The notes under the pieces were generated by a model. That model ran no database searches. It was not told the origin of the DNA and saw only the letters and a list, made by a program, of their open reading frames with translations. Shown here piece by piece: positions 27,909 to 43,544 of a stretch of DNA of 64,000 nt. The translations under genes were made by a program, and so were the position numbers. Within the stretch, counting starts at the first letter, position 1. Each line of letters opens with the position of its first letter. The DNA is from Eledone cirrhosa (taxonomy: Eukaryota): positions 215,202,001 to 215,266,000 of the forward strand of contig OZ024741.1 of the NCBI GenBank assembly GCA_964016885.1. Direction: 5' to 3'.

Positions 27909-28029
27909 TGTGTGTGTGTGTGTGTGTGTATGTATATGCCTACATGCATACACAAACACACACGCACACATACACACACACACAAACATATATACCGCTG
28001 CGAACAACCCTTCATCCCCAGCAAATAAA

Positions 28030-28528
28030 TCTCTATATATAAAGTTGTAGTTCCTGTCAGTTTGTTTATTTGTTTGTTTGTTTGCTCACGAACTCCTCCT
28101 ATGGTTTTGGAGATAGACCCCCCATAACCATATATATACTGAAACTACATGGATAAGTATATTTCATTTTAATCAAAGGGTTCCCCGGGGGCACAAACCC
28201 TTGCTGAAAATGTTTTCCCTTCGATTTATATGAAATTAAAACCATAGGTAAATGACAAGGTATGATGCCTATTCACAAAAGTTTTGGATTGATATTTTGA
28301 AAAAAATTGTTTACAAGACACAAAATAATAATATGATTTAATAATGTAATTTTAATTTGATATATTCCAAAAAATACTGTTTTCCAATGTTTCATGCATT
28401 ACATTTTACATTGAGTAATGCAGAGTTTTTCTCCATAAATTATATCACTGATTTAAAATCAATCATCATAATCTTACAAAAATAAAAAAAATATGTGAAA
28501 CCCAGCAAGGCGCGGGTAATTCGGCTAG
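28030..28528 (+). mobile_element. Non-autonomous Helitron
   Basis: A|TCTCTATATATAAAG start, (GTTT)n near the 5-prime end, ACCC..GGGT subterminal hairpin, CTAG|T end. Confidence 0.7.
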
Positions 28529-28916
28529 TATATATATATTTCGTGCCAATCTTGTCGTTTTCAATTTTGACTTATTAGAAGTAGCACCATTGACTTAATA
28601 AATTATATCTTCTCCTATACCTTCCAACTCCTTATTGCAATATTTTAATCATCTCATCTCAAGCCGGCCATAATTAGAACTAAAAACATGGACTTAATAA
28701 CTTATAATTTCCTCTGTAATATCTCCTATACTTTCTGATTCTATGGTGAAACTCTGTAACCACTCTCTCTCAATACCTCTTAAGCTGACCAAAATTACAA
28801 GTATTATCGTTGACTTAATAATTTATAATTTTTCCTATATTTTCCTGCGAACTTTTGCTGAAACTCTTTTAAAACCACATTTCATTCTGATGATAATTTC
28901 TAGAGAGAAGTTGTGT

Positions 28917-29011
<95 letters not shown>

Positions 29012-29956
29012 TGTGTGTGTGTGTATGTGTGTGGCTGTGCATGTGTGTGTATGTGTCTCTGTGTGTGTGTATATGTGTATGTGTGAGAGTGTGTGTGCGC
29101 GCCTGTGTGTGGGTGTGCATGTGTGTGTGTGTGTGTATGTTGTGTGCATGTGTGTGTATATCTCTGTGTGTGTGTGTATCTCTGGGTGTGTGTGAACCTG
29201 TGTGTATGGGTGTGTGCATGTGTGTGTGTCTGTGTGCACGTGTGTGTAAGCGTGTGTGAGTGTGTGTGTTTATATATATATATGTGTATCTGTGTGTGTT
29301 TGCATGTGTGTGTGCATGTGTGTGTATGAATGTGTATATAACTGTGAGTGTATGTATTTCTGTATGTCTGTATGTGTGTGTATGTGTATATGAGTGTGTG
29401 TATGTGTGTGTATGTCTGTATGTGTAGGTCTGCGTGTGTATGTGAACGTGTATGTATTTGTATATGCATGTATATGTATGTACGTGTGTGCGTGTGCGTG
29501 TGTATGCATGTGTATATATCTGTGTGTATATGTATGTGTGTGTATGTATGTGTGTGCATATGTGTGTATGTCTCTGTGTCTGTATGTGAGTGTATGTGAG
29601 TGTGTGCAATCTGAGATACGTATCCGTCTAAGACCAGGGGCTAAAGCCGCCGCTACCAATAACAAACCTGTCTTTAGTGGAGTTGGGAGCTGATAAATAA
29701 TGGCTGACATTACAACACAATACGGTGGCAGCGGAGATAAATTATAGCCGACGTTACGACACCATATAGCGTTGCACTGTTTGTACGATTACTCTGCTTT
29801 CTCGTACTTTTCTATGGTATTATATAACATAATATGACTACCGTAGGCAGTATTCGGAACACACACACACATACACACACACACATATATATATAAATAT
29901 ATATATATACATATATATATATATACATATATATGTGTATATGTACATATATATTA

Positions 29957-30007
<51 letters not shown>

Positions 30008-30388
30008 GTATATATGTATATGCATATGCATATGTATAAATATATATATATATATATTTCTTATATCAAAGTTTAATGGGCTTCCACTGATGATTTATAA
30101 GCACCCACCTAAATATATTCTTACATGAATATATATTAGGCTTCTACATAAACTGGAAATATTCTCCCAACTTGTAGAAAACTTATAATGAAACAATTGT
30201 TTGGAAAGAGAGATATACTTTAACTTTAATTATATCTCATAAAATAATACAACTGGTTTTTCCACATTATACATATTGTTAGCACCCCAAACACTTAAAT
30301 TGGGTTTATATTTAAATATAACCTAATGTTTGTTGAGTGAGATGGTTACCAGTCAGAGTTTAGCTTTAAACTATCTCTGTTATTGTAT

Positions 30389-30478
<90 letters not shown>

Positions 30479-30933
30479 CACATATATATATATATATACA
30501 CATATACGTACATATATATACATATATATGCATATATATATATATACAAACATAAATTATCGAGATTCGCATTTCGGTCCACGAAATAACGAAAAGCAAC
30601 CTCCGAGATGTGTGGCAAGTGCTCAATGATTCAGATGAACCAGAGCTATAACAAACGTTAAAGGCCAAACACACTGAGACGATGGTTAAACAATCATTCG
30701 CATAGCCCCCCCCCCAAAAAAAAACGATCAAGTAATTCGGGTATTGAAAATTTACCCGGACTCCTGGAAGGTTGGTAAAATCCAGTATTTGTGTTTCTGC
30801 GGCTCCTAAATCAAGTACCGTTCGCTTACATAAATAATGTCAGGCTTCTGGTAAGATGATTGAACAGGGAAGCCACTTTCTATATATATATATACATACA
30901 TATATTTACATACATATATACATATATATATAT

Positions 30934-30964
<31 letters not shown>

Positions 30965-30983
30965 GAATGAACCAATATATATA

Positions 30984-31512
30984 TATAGAATGAACCAAAT
31001 TCTACGAACACACGATATCATAAAGAGCAAAAGACAATCCAAGTCAATGAAAAACATCTTAACACATGCCAAAGTACTGCCAACCACAACATACGAAACC
31101 CACAGTAAAAAAATGCGATAGACCCAACTGTGGCATTTGCATCAACCTAATAGAGGGTTCGGAATTCTATTTCAAAGATGGACAAGGTTTTATAGTAAAA
31201 CACAATTTCACATGTGCATCGGAAAATCTAATATATGTATTAACTTGTTCAGGTTGTCTAGAACAATACATAGGCCAGACCAAAAACAGCCTCCGCCAAC
31301 GCATGACTGTCCATAGATCCCAAATCAAAATACGGGAATACAGGAAAATACCACTGAGTGAACACATTGATACCTGTGCCGCCCCAAATCATCCCAACTT
31401 CAGAATCTTTCCCCTCTACAAATTTAAAGATAATGCCACCCACACCCAGCGCATCAGCAAGGAATCTTACTTCATTAACAAATACGGACCCCGTCTAAAC
31501 ACTTCTCCCTAA
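30984..31512 (+). mobile_element. Penelope-like element (Neptune-type) linker and GIY-YIG endonuclease, 5-prime truncated
   Basis: KRQSKSMKNILTHAK then CDRPNCGIC..FTCASENLIYVLTCSGCLEQYIGQTKNSLRQRMTVH..LSEH..KESYFINKYGPRLN. Confidence 0.9.
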
Positions 31513-31652
31513 GACGAACCCACAACATACACACGTCAACATACATACCTACATCAGCACACATCTCTACCCACATATAAACACAATGACATACGTAAAC
31601 ACACATGCTCTATGGTGCAACACAAAAAAATATATGTGCATATATGTATGTA

Positions 31653-31690
<38 letters not shown>

Positions 31691-31835
31691 ATATATGTAT
31701 GTGTATATATATATATAGTGAATATCATTTCACACCCTTTTTTTGTTAAGATTTTTGATGTTCTATTAAGAGAACCGATTTTACTGAAAAAATCGAATAA
31801 TGTACACCATTTTACCAGGGGGAAAAAATACTGGT

Positions 31836-31884
<49 letters not shown>

Positions 31885-32071
31885 CACACACACATACACA
31901 CGCGTACATCAACATACAAAGAGACTTATATACACACACACACACACACACGCACACGCACTTCTCCGTATAAGACAAAAGCTGAAAAATATCTTTTGAC
32001 ATGCTAAAATACCCCCCATTGCTTTCAGACCACATTCTTACTGACCATCCCTGCCACCACGAATTACTCTG

Positions 32072-32141
<70 letters not shown>

Positions 32142-32270
32142 ATCTTAATAGCCATTTGACACACATCGCTGCTAACCATTATCACAACATCGAACACCTT
32201 ACTACTACTACTACTACACACACACACACACACACACACACATATTTGTTGTGAAAGAGTCATTTCTCAA

Positions 32271-32708
32271 TCTTGGCGCAAAACCAATTTTTTATTCACA
32301 TGACCTCTACCGACCAATCAAAATTGTTTTGACCACAAGAATTTTTGCTGGAGCCACTTTTTTAACATAAAAACAGTCTTGGCGCAAAATCAATTTTTTA
32401 CATTCACATGACCTCTACCGACCAATCAAAATTGTTTTGACCACAAGAATTTTTGCAAATTGGAGCCACTTTTTTTAACATAAAAACAGGTAGAATTCCC
32501 AAAACTAATCAGATCAGAGCAAACAGCACGGACACTCTATCTCAAAATTATTTTTGAAAAGCATTTAGAAATGCGCAACCGGTAAAAACTTAAAAACTTA
32601 AAACCACAACTGAATACTAACCCATACAATCACTAATACTCTTTTATTCCTAATTAAACCATTTTTCAACTGTGAACAATTTGTCAGCATTTTCTATTCC
32701 GTTTACCA

Positions 32709-32712
<4 letters not shown>
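32271..32712 (+). mobile_element. Copy of the 22261 family preceded by a ~110-bp tandem duplication
   Basis: TCTTGGCGCAAAA..AACATAAAAACAG occurs twice (32271-32377, 32378-32489); ~32510-32712 matches 22462-22663. Confidence 0.75.
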
Positions 32713-32754
<42 letters not shown>

Positions 32755-32979
32755 GACGTAGAATAAGAAAATTTTAAAAATTAACTTACTTACTAAAATT
32801 TTAGTAAGTAAGTTAATTATTAAATTTTTAAATTTTCTTATTTTACGTCTTTCATATAATTGTTCTGCATCCCCCTGCATAGAACCACCTAGGTACTTTG
32901 ACATAACTTATATATTTGCTAGCATTAGTGTACATCTGTACGCATATGTTGGTAGATGTACTAATACTCTCTCTCTCTC

Positions 32980-33013
<34 letters not shown>

Positions 33014-33036
33014 CATATATACATACATATATTTAC

Positions 33037-33125
<89 letters not shown>

Positions 33126-33180
33126 CATATATACATACATATATTTACATATATATATATACATATATACATATATTTAC

Positions 33181-33211
<31 letters not shown>

Positions 33212-33258
33212 TATACATATATATATACATATACATATATACATACATATATTTACAT

Positions 33259-33296
<38 letters not shown>

Positions 33297-33616
33297 TTCT
33301 ATCTGTCAATCTATACATTTATTTCTCTCCAACTCTCTCGTCTAATACCCTTCTCTCTCCCACCTCACTCGCTCTAGATCTATTCATGTATCTACCTCAT
33401 TCGGTAGCTATGTATCTACCTCTCTCGCTAATACACAAAAAGAGAAAGAAAGAAGGAATGTGAACAAGGAATGGCTCAAAGAAGCCAAAGAGTACATTTG
33501 CTCCCCTCTCACACTTTACTATTACCTCTCACTTACCCTCTCTCATTCTCTGTCTCTATTCCTCTCTCACTATCATTCTTATTCTATCACTTCATATAGA
33601 GATATGAAATATAAAT

Positions 33617-33880
33617 ATTGTTTCTACTTTAGGCACAAGGCCAGTAATTTTCTCAGTGTATTACTGGTACTTTATTTTATCGACCTCGTAAGGATGAAGG
33701 GCAAAGTTAACCTCGGCAGGATTGGAATTCAGAACTTAAAGGAGCGTAACTCTATGCTGCAAAGCATGGTGTCCGACCCTCTACCAACACTGGCAATCCA
33801 TCGCCCTACTAAAGATAAGTGTTTCTGCTATTGGCACAAGACCAGCAATTATCCCAGTGTATTACTGGTACTTTATTTTT
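33617..33880 (-). mobile_element. SINE family B, full copy plus second tail fragment
   Basis: Same motifs as 8984-9169. Confidence 0.85.
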
Positions 33881-33957
33881 TATATTTATATATATATCTA
33901 TATATATATATTATATATATTATATATATTTTCTCTATATATATATATATAAATTTG

Positions 33958-34012
<55 letters not shown>

Positions 34013-34068
34013 GTGTTTGAGTGTTTGTGTGTGTGTGTGTGTGTGTGTGCTTGTACATATATATTGTT

Positions 34069-34101
<33 letters not shown>

Positions 34102-34115
34102 AGTATGTATTATAG

Positions 34116-34146
<31 letters not shown>

Positions 34147-34157
34147 GTGCATATATA

Positions 34158-34209
<52 letters not shown>

Positions 34210-34225
34210 TATATGATTATATATG

Positions 34226-34308
<83 letters not shown>

Positions 34309-34389
34309 TATATATTATATATATATCATATATACATGTCTGTGCGTATGAGTACACGTGTGTGTAACTGTTTGCCTATGTGAGTGTGG

Positions 34390-34448
<59 letters not shown>

Positions 34449-34868
34449 AGAGAGAGAGAGACAGTGTGAGCGTATCAGTGCGTTCATATCGGTGTTTAGC
34501 TATAATTTTTCTATTGGCTTTCACAGATCATCTGATAGCTTGTTGGAAAGTTGGCCAGAAATAAACTCAACAACAGAAGTTCATCCTTACCTGCTTATCA
34601 GCTGAAGGAGCTACTTTAGTGTATAACTATACCAAGCTGGGTCAAAGGAACGTACACACACACATTCTCTCACACAAACAGACAAACACAAAGACACATA
34701 CACACATACACGCAAGCACGCACAGAGACACTCAGGCACAAACGCAGATACGCACATATTCACACGCAGTATATATGTATATATATATATATGTATATAT
34801 ATATAAATATATATATATACTCTCTTTTACCTGTCTCTCTCTCACACGCACACACACACACATATATG

Positions 34869-34900
<32 letters not shown>

Positions 34901-35195
34901 AGAGAGTGTGTATGCGTATAAGAGAGTGTGTATGCGTATATACGCATACACACTCTCTTATATATGTATATATATATACATATATGTGTGTGTGTGTGCG
35001 TGTGAGAGAGAGAGAGAGGTAAAAGTGACTATATATATATATATATATATATATTGTAATAAATGTGAATATGCATATATATATATTTATATACATATAT
35101 ATGCATTATATAATACATGCATATATATATATATATATAGGAACCAGTAAGACCCCGACAGCTGAGCTCAAGCCGTTTCGACGGCTAATTCTGGA

Positions 35196-35279
<84 letters not shown>

Positions 35280-35794
35280 ATGATATATATTATATATATA
35301 TAATAAAGGTATATATATTTATAGATAGATAGATAGATAGGTGTACGACTTATATGTATATATGTGTAAGTGTGTGCTTGTCTGAGTCTTACATATATAC
35401 ATATACATACACACGTATAAAGGTCTATATATGCCAACATACATATCTATTTTATGGTTGTGTAATGGCGACCATGTCTGCTAAGCCATTGAATCTCACT
35501 GAAAGTTAATTTACTGCGCTATTGTTATGTAACTTAAGATTACATTTATGATATTAGCTCTTCTCTTTGTTGTCATTCCAAGACCAGAAACGGCAAATAA
35601 TTCTATAATTATAGTCTGTTGATTACCATCTCTTAATTCTATTTTAATTAACTTCATTGCTATCAATTACACTTTCCAACTTCTATGTCTTCTGGCAAGC
35701 CTTAAATTTATGGACATATATATACATACAAACATACTCACAGATATAAACTCACACACTCACACACACACATATATATATATATATATTTGTG

Positions 35795-37691
35795 TATAAT
35801 GGTAGCTATGTTGCTTCCTCCATAGGCGTTATGCCAAAATTAGCACTCAATATTCATACAGAGTAGAGTGTGGATAGTATAAAAACGAAAAATCAGTGAT
35901 GCATCTGGACTCAGTTTCTTGCGTGTTACAATTGTTTCGCCAGCAGGTAGCTCGAGAGATGATCATTGCATGGCTCTGGCTGATTCTACGGCTGCAGGTT
36001 CCTTCAGACACGGGTAATTCGTTTGGAGCAAATGTTCTCACTGGGTGTTATCGTCAAAAAACACCTTCAAAAAACTTCTTCCACTCTTGTCATGCCATTG
36101 GCTGTCGTTATTCCACGTCATCTTAAGTTCTGGTCATTATTTACTGCTACACGGGTCATCAGCCATTTCCCGTCCGACACACTTCAGTGGAGTCATGCTG
36201 GGTTCGGTATCTCATACGTCTGTTCACACTCCAGAATAGGTACCCACATATACACACACACATACATACACACACACGGGCAGGCACAGACACATGCGCG
36301 CATACATACATGTACGCATACATGTGTAGAAACACCTACCCCCATGCATATATATACATGCACACACTCTCCCTCTCTTCTACAAACCCAGGCACACCCA
36401 CTTCTAGATACCGACCGCCACAAGCCTATTGGCGCTTGCCCAAAACGCGCCATAATCTCACGAACACCTTCAGGGACGGTTACAAAAGGCACTCCACTAG
36501 GTTAACGGAACTGGTGTGGGACCTGAAAGACCAAGGCACTCCGTACGCCCTGGAATGGAGTATCGTTCGCCATGCGATGGCATATTCGGCTGGAAGTAGA
36601 GAAATGCCGATTATGACTACACGAGGCCATGGATATAGTCAGACTGAAAGATGACGCGGTCAGCCTGAAGTCTGAAATTATCATAACCTGCAGACACCAG
36701 AGAAGATGCACATTTGCAGCATGGAATCCTCCGGGTGGTACAGGCCAGGGGCATGGGACTGGGTACGCACAGACCCGAACGGCCCAACGGGATTAAGGGA
36801 CTTGACGCCATGTCTCGATGACATTGTTCGACCGAACATGCAACATTGAGCAGGTACATCGCTTGGGCCGGGACCGGATGACACGGGGTCCACGGTCGTC
36901 CGGTCCAATACTCCAAACATATAGAACACCACACCCCAGCCACGGTGGCATACCCCATGGTGACCGGGCCAAGCGTCCTCTTGAATGTGTACCCCGTCAA
37001 TCGTGACTATATACTCTCCACATGTTACACTTTGGAACAATTATTATTACTGTTATTATTGTTTTGTTACTGTTTACTTGTTCCATATACGGACCTAAGT
37101 TTGCACCTCATACTGCTTCTGTGTAGTATATCACATGGATACACGCACCTTCTCCTGTACCCCCCCCCCCGTCGGCCGTTTTTTTGTTTATCTATTTGTG
37201 AAGTTACATACAGATTTTAATGTATTTTAAAATATTGTGAATTTATTTATTTTATTTTATTATCCTATTGTGTTTATATGTGTGTTTTTATGTGTAGACC
37301 TGTGCGTAGGTATATGTATGTGTGTGTGTATGTAGATATATATATATACGTGGGTGTGTATGGGGGTGTGTATGTATGCATGTGTACGTATATGCATGAG
37401 CTTATAAGCGTGTGTGTGCATGCATGTACGTGTATGTACAGATGTGGCTGAGTGTGTATATATGTATATGTATATATACGTACGTATAGCTGCGTATGAG
37501 TATGTGTGTGTGTGTGCGTATGTATGTATATGGGGGTCTCTATATGTGTGTGTATTTATATGTGTATATATATATATATGTGTGTTTACATATCACAGGA
37601 TTATATATTGATTTTATTATTATTATTATTATTATTGTATCATATATCCATTGTATATATCCGTATATGTATGTATGAATATATGTGCATG

Positions 37692-37722
<31 letters not shown>

Positions 37723-38734
37723 ATTCTATTATATTGTATTCTATATTGATATTTTATTTTATGTTATGTTATTTTACCGTTATTTTATGGTATATTGTGT
37801 TTTTTATTATATATTGTATTTTTATTTTACGGGTTTGTTTATATATATGTGTATGTGCGTGAATACATGTGTATGTGTATGTATGTGTGCGTATGCGTAT
37901 ATGTATATGTGTATACGTGTGTGTCTGCATGCGTGTGTATATGTGTGTGTGTCTATGTACATACACACATATAAATAAAGATATATATATGTGTATATAT
38001 ATATATGGTGTGAGTATCTGTCGGTGGGTGTGTGTGTGTGGGCGCGGGCGTACACCCACATAGGACATGGTTTGTCTATGGGTTTGTATACGGATGTATA
38101 TAAACGTATGTGTATACAGACGTGTGTGTCTGTGCGTGTGTGCGCTTTTGCGTGCTTGTGAGAGCGGATGTATGGCGCGTTTTGGGCAGGCGCTAATAGG
38201 CTTGTGGTGGTCGGTTTTTAGAAGTGGGTGTGCCTGGGTTTGTAGAAGAGAGGGAGAGTGTGTGCGTGTATATATGTGCATAGGGGTAGGTGTGTCTACA
38301 CATGTATGCGTACATGTATGTATGCGCGCATGTGTCTGTGCCTGCCCGTATGTGTGTATGTGTGTGTGTGTGTGTGTGTATGGGGGTACATACTCTGGAG
38401 TTTGAACAGACGTGTGAGATACCGAACACAGCATGAATCCATTGAAGTGGCTGATGACCCGTGTAGCAGTAAATAATGACCAGAACTTAAGATGACGTGG
38501 AATAACGACAGCCAATGGCATGACAAGAGTGGAAGAAGTTGTTGAAGGTGTTTTTTTGACGATAACACCCCAGTGTGAAAATTTTCTCCGAACGAACTAC
38601 CCGTGTCCGAGGAAACCTGCAGCCGTAGAATCAGCCAGATCCATGCAGTGATCATCTCTCGAGCTACCTGCCGGCGAAACAATTGTAACACGCAAGAAAC
38701 TGAGTCCAGATGCATCACTGATTTTTCGTTTTTA

Positions 38735-38740
<6 letters not shown>
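35795..38740 (+). mobile_element. Hydra-like PLE 3-prime portion with ~580-bp inverted terminal arms, long microsatellite-rich 3-prime region and terminal hammerhead
   Basis: 35874-36454 is inverted at 38171-38740. 36455-36740 encodes STRLTELVWDLKDQGTPYALEWSIV..SLKSEIIITCRHQRR. HHR 38602-38692 (plus) and 35922-36012 (minus). Confidence 0.85.
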
Positions 38741-38771
<31 letters not shown>

Positions 38772-38863
38772 TAAAATGGAAAAGAAAATGGTGATTAGTA
38801 ATATCTATAAATTAGTAATAAGTATTAGTTAGTAATCAGTTTTATGTGTGTGTGTGTGTGTGT

Positions 38864-38921
<58 letters not shown>

Positions 38922-39423
38922 GTTTGTGTGTGTGTGCGTATATATATATATATATATATGTATATATGAAAAATATGGGTGAGAAGAATACTGCTGGTTG
39001 CACATGGATAACATGTTATAAAATGAGTCCCTCATCAGTGATTTACCAAACGATCATGGGTATTTCATCGCATTAAAAATCATATACCTCACGTTGGAGC
39101 GATAATAACTAAAATAAGTTATTAGGACAATAGAAACGCGTAAAGCGAGTGAGACAAGTAAACAACACAGGGGGAAGCTAACCGAAGATGGAAATAAACA
39201 CAAGCAACATAGTTATTCTTTCAGCATAAGCTGTGTGAATATATGAGCGAGTCAGAAAACAGACCTTTCGCTAGTGAATCCGGTGTTAGAAAGAATGAAA
39301 ACCGTTTTCTCAGTGAACGGGAGGAAGAAAGAAGGGGAGAAACAGGGATATATATATGTATATGTATATATGTATACGGAGCTTGAGGCAATCCAGCGAA
39401 GCTAAACGAAGAGGATTGCGACA

Positions 39424-39931
39424 ATGAAGGAGATAAGCTACTGGGAGAAGCTAAAAGAACTGAACCTCTACTCCTTGGAACGAAGACGGGAGAGATACGC
39501 AGTGATCTACATGTGGAAAATCCTGGAGGGACTAGCACCAAACTTTAGCATTAGGAGCTGGACCAACCCCCGAACAGGACGTCACTGTGTGGTGCCAAAG
39601 GCCCCGTCTTCCACATCTAGAATAAGGAGCAGGTATTGCAATAGCCTGGGGTTCAAGGGCCCTCAACTCTTCAAAAAGCTGCCGAGGGATCTGAGAGATC
39701 TGCATGGTGTGGAGGTGGATGTCTTCAAGAAACATTTCGACACCTTGCTATCCAGGATCCCGGATGAGCCCACAGCAAGGCACGAGGGAAACCTAAGTGC
39801 AGCAACAACAAACTCCCTCTTATACCAGTGGCCAACCAATACAGGCTGGAGATAAAATGTGTAGCAACAAGGGCGGTGCCCCAGCATGGCCTCAGCTGGA
39901 TGGCTGGAACAGGTAAAAGAGTAAAAGAGTA
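39424..39931 (+). mobile_element. CR1-type LINE ORF2 C-terminus and 3-prime tail
   Basis: [46 protein letters not shown]; tail GGCGGTGCCCCAGCATGGCC..(GTAAAAGA)2. Confidence 0.88.
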
Positions 39932-39943
39932 TGTATATGTATA

Positions 39944-39979
<36 letters not shown>

Positions 39980-40328
39980 CATACACATATACATATATAT
40001 GTCTTATATATACATATGCACATACATATAAGTATTCATATATATACATATATATATAAATATAACAAATATATATATTTGTGTGTGGGCAATTATATAT
40101 ATCTATTTATATCTATACCAATATCTATATCTATGTTTATCAACGTGTGAGTGGGTGTCTGTGTGTCTGTGTGTGTATGTGTGTATTTATGTGTCTATAT
40201 GTGTGTGTATGTACCTGTGTGAAGAAATTCGTATGTAGGATGAGTCTATATTTTTGCTGCTCCAAATTTTAGTATGAAACATTTTGTATTTAATTCGTTG
40301 CAAGTATATAAATGGCCACCAAGTATTA

Positions 40329-40333
<5 letters not shown>

Positions 40334-40372
<39 letters not shown>

Positions 40373-40393
40373 GGGCAGTGAGGGAGAGAGAGT

Positions 40394-40460
<67 letters not shown>

Positions 40461-41374
40461 GGGGCAGTGAGAGAGAGTGGGAGAGAGAAGGAGAGAGAGG
40501 GAGGAAGAGAGAGGGAGGGAGGGAGGGAGAGAGAGAGAGAGAGAGGGAGAGAGAAAGAGTGAGAGAGAGAGAGAGTGATAGAGAGCGAGAGGCAGATAGA
40601 GGCTGATAGAGAGAGGGGGAGCTGGAGTAGATACACAGAGAAAGAGATAGTGATGAGTAATGGTGAAAGAGAGTGGCACACATACCGATAAACAGGCTAG
40701 AAGGTGAGTAGTGGAGAGAGAGAGGGGAGGGGAGTAGCCAGTATAGTAATGGTGGAGCAAAGACAGAGAGAGAGAGAGAGAGAGAGTGGGGAGTAGCCAG
40801 TAGAGTAGTGGTGGAGGAAAGACAGAGAGAGAGGGGGGAGTACAGTAGAGTAGTGGTGGAGGGAAGACAGGGAGAGAGAGAGAGAGAGAGGGAGTAGCCA
40901 GTAGAGTATTGGTGGAGGAAAGCCAGTAGAGCAGTGGTGAAGGAATGACAGGGGGAGAGAGAGAAAGACAGAGAAAGAGAGAGAGAGAGTGAGAGAGAGA
41001 GATAGAGAAAGAGAGATAGAGAGGGGGAGTAGCCAGTAGAATAGTGGTGGAGGAATGACAGAGAGAGAGAGAGAAAGTAACAGAGATGGGTGATAAGAGA
41101 AAGAGAGAGAGTAACAAACATGGATGAGAAGAGAGAGAGAGAGAGAGAGAGAGAGGGGTGAGTAATGGAGAAAGAGAGTTACAGATACACAGAAAGACAA
41201 ACAAAACTTGAGTAATGGAAGAAGAGAGAGAGAGAGAGAGAGAGTGCGTGTGTGAGGGAATGTGAGAGAGAGGGTGAGAGAGTGAGAAAGAGAAAAAGTC
41301 ATAGATGGAAAAGACGAGAGAGAGATGGAAAAAGGAAAAGGGGTGACTAAAGGAAAGAAAGAAAGAGAGAGAGG

Positions 41375-41434
<60 letters not shown>

Positions 41435-41721
41435 TAGAGAGTGGGTGAGAGTGTGAGAGAGTGCGTGAGGGAGTGTGAGAGAGAGGGTGAGAGAGTGAGA
41501 ACGAGAAAAAGTCATAGATGGAAAAGAAGAGACAGAGAGATGTGAGTATGGAAAGTGAAAATAAGAGAGAGAGTGAGATAGATAGATAGAGAGAGTGAGA
41601 GAGAGAGAAAGAAAGAAGGAGAGAGAGAGAGAGAGAGAGAGAGATGTGAGTAATGGAAAAGGGAAAGGGTGACTAAGAGAAAAAGAAAGACAGAGAGAAA
41701 GAGAGGGGAGGGCGCGAGAGA

Positions 41722-41772
<51 letters not shown>
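40334..41772. repeat. Polypurine (GA)n tract with embedded minisatellite GGGGAGTAGCCAGTAGAGTAGTGGTGGAGGAA
   Basis: About 6 diverged units between 40730 and 41060, separated by GA runs. Confidence 0.85.
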
Positions 41773-41774
<2 letters not shown>

Positions 41775-42459
41775 GGGTTTGGTAAAGGTAAGTAGTAGAG
41801 CGACCATACTTTATTAATATTTATATATAGGTATCGCCAAATCCAACCCTTAAATCAGAATCTTCATAGACTCCTATGAATATTTTGCTATATAAAACCT
41901 TTCTCAAAGAAATATTAGAATTGTAGAGAGAAATATTAGAAGATAAGTAAATAGCGCCATATAAAATGGAGACAAAAGTACGATACTTGACACCATTTTC
42001 TGTGTGAGAAGATTGCTTTGCCTGCTTTAATATCCCACAATTCTCAACTCACTTTCACACCATTCACTATAGATGTTATCTCCTGGGAATCGATCCATCT
42101 CACTTGAGGTAACCAGACCAGATTTGTCTACATCCATGGCGATTACATTTTTCTCCCCAAAGAAAGATTAAATAGCTTTCTCTTGGGAGCATCGTCAGTG
42201 TATTTACATAATTTATACTTCCTGCAACTCCACCTTCTATACTAATAGTATCTCTCCCTCTCTATTATATATGTATATATATATATGTATATATATGTAT
42301 GTATATATGTATATATGTATATATGTATATATATATATATATATATGTATGTATATATGTATATATATATATGTATATATATGTATGTATATATGTATAT
42401 ATGTATATATGTATATATGTATATATGTATATATATATATATATATGTATGTATATATG

Positions 42460-42491
<32 letters not shown>

Positions 42492-42501
42492 TATGTATGT
42501 A

Positions 42502-42543
<42 letters not shown>

Positions 42544-42566
42544 GTATACACATTCATATATGCATA

Positions 42567-42686
<120 letters not shown>

Positions 42687-42707
42687 GTATACACATTCAT
42701 ATATGCA

Positions 42708-42793
<86 letters not shown>

Positions 42794-42827
42794 TATATAC
42801 ACATGTATATATATATATATATATATA

Positions 42828-43500
42828 TACAGGTTGTAGCAAGTGTCACAATGTACTTTTAAAGAATTCTTGTATGTTACATAAGAGACTGAGTATACAT
42901 ATGTTTTTATTCATATTTTTAACAAATGAGTCATTACAGTTTTCCTCGCTAAACTTGCTATCATATTTAAACACCTTAATGATGAGCTGTATACCTCCAC
43001 ATGAGCATCTTCAATCTAGACAACCTTCAACCACCTTCGGATACCAGCCCCCCTCACGTTTTGCAGCATCACTCCTCTGATCTCGCTACAGGCGTTGCAG
43101 ATTCTTTCCTCAAGCTGTCACAGGTGACAGGGCTCAGTGACTTTTTATATAGCCCGACAGAAAAAAGTAACGTGTGAAGTCAGTGGAGCGGGGAATTCAT
43201 TCGAGTGGACTCTTTCGACTGATCTATCGACCAAGAACTTGATTTTCAGGAAATCCTTTACTAGCCGGGGGGGGGGGGGGGGGGGGGGTGCAGTCTTGTT
43301 CAAAAACGATATCAGTTATGTCATTCCCCGCCTAAAGTTGTGGCACAGCAAACTCTTCACACATCTTCAAGTAATTTTCCCCTGTAATGCTGGTAGTGTT
43401 ACTGGATGCATCGCGGAAGAAAAAGGGGCCAATCAGCCCAGTGTTAGTCAGGGCGCTAAAACCACTAGCGTTGGGGAATCTCGTTCATGCTCGAGAATAT
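42828..43500 (-). mobile_element. Tc1/mariner transposase 3-prime relic
   Basis: DIVFEQDCTPP (FQQDGAPPH-like), decayed WPPRSPDL/DFF region, QLEERICNACSEI..LQNV; terminus TA|CAGGTTGT. Confidence 0.75.
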
Positions 43501-43544
43501 ATATATAAATATATGAAGACGTCAATCTGCTTGAATCTTACATC

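Noticed and set aside
29620-29740. Possible LTR end and primer-binding site (CAATACGGTGGCAGCGG)
   Set aside because: No second LTR or gag/pol sequence in the window; a single short motif is insufficient
41790-42270. Possible degenerate RT on the minus strand (NVIAMDV...)
   Set aside because: Too many stops and no second recognisable motif
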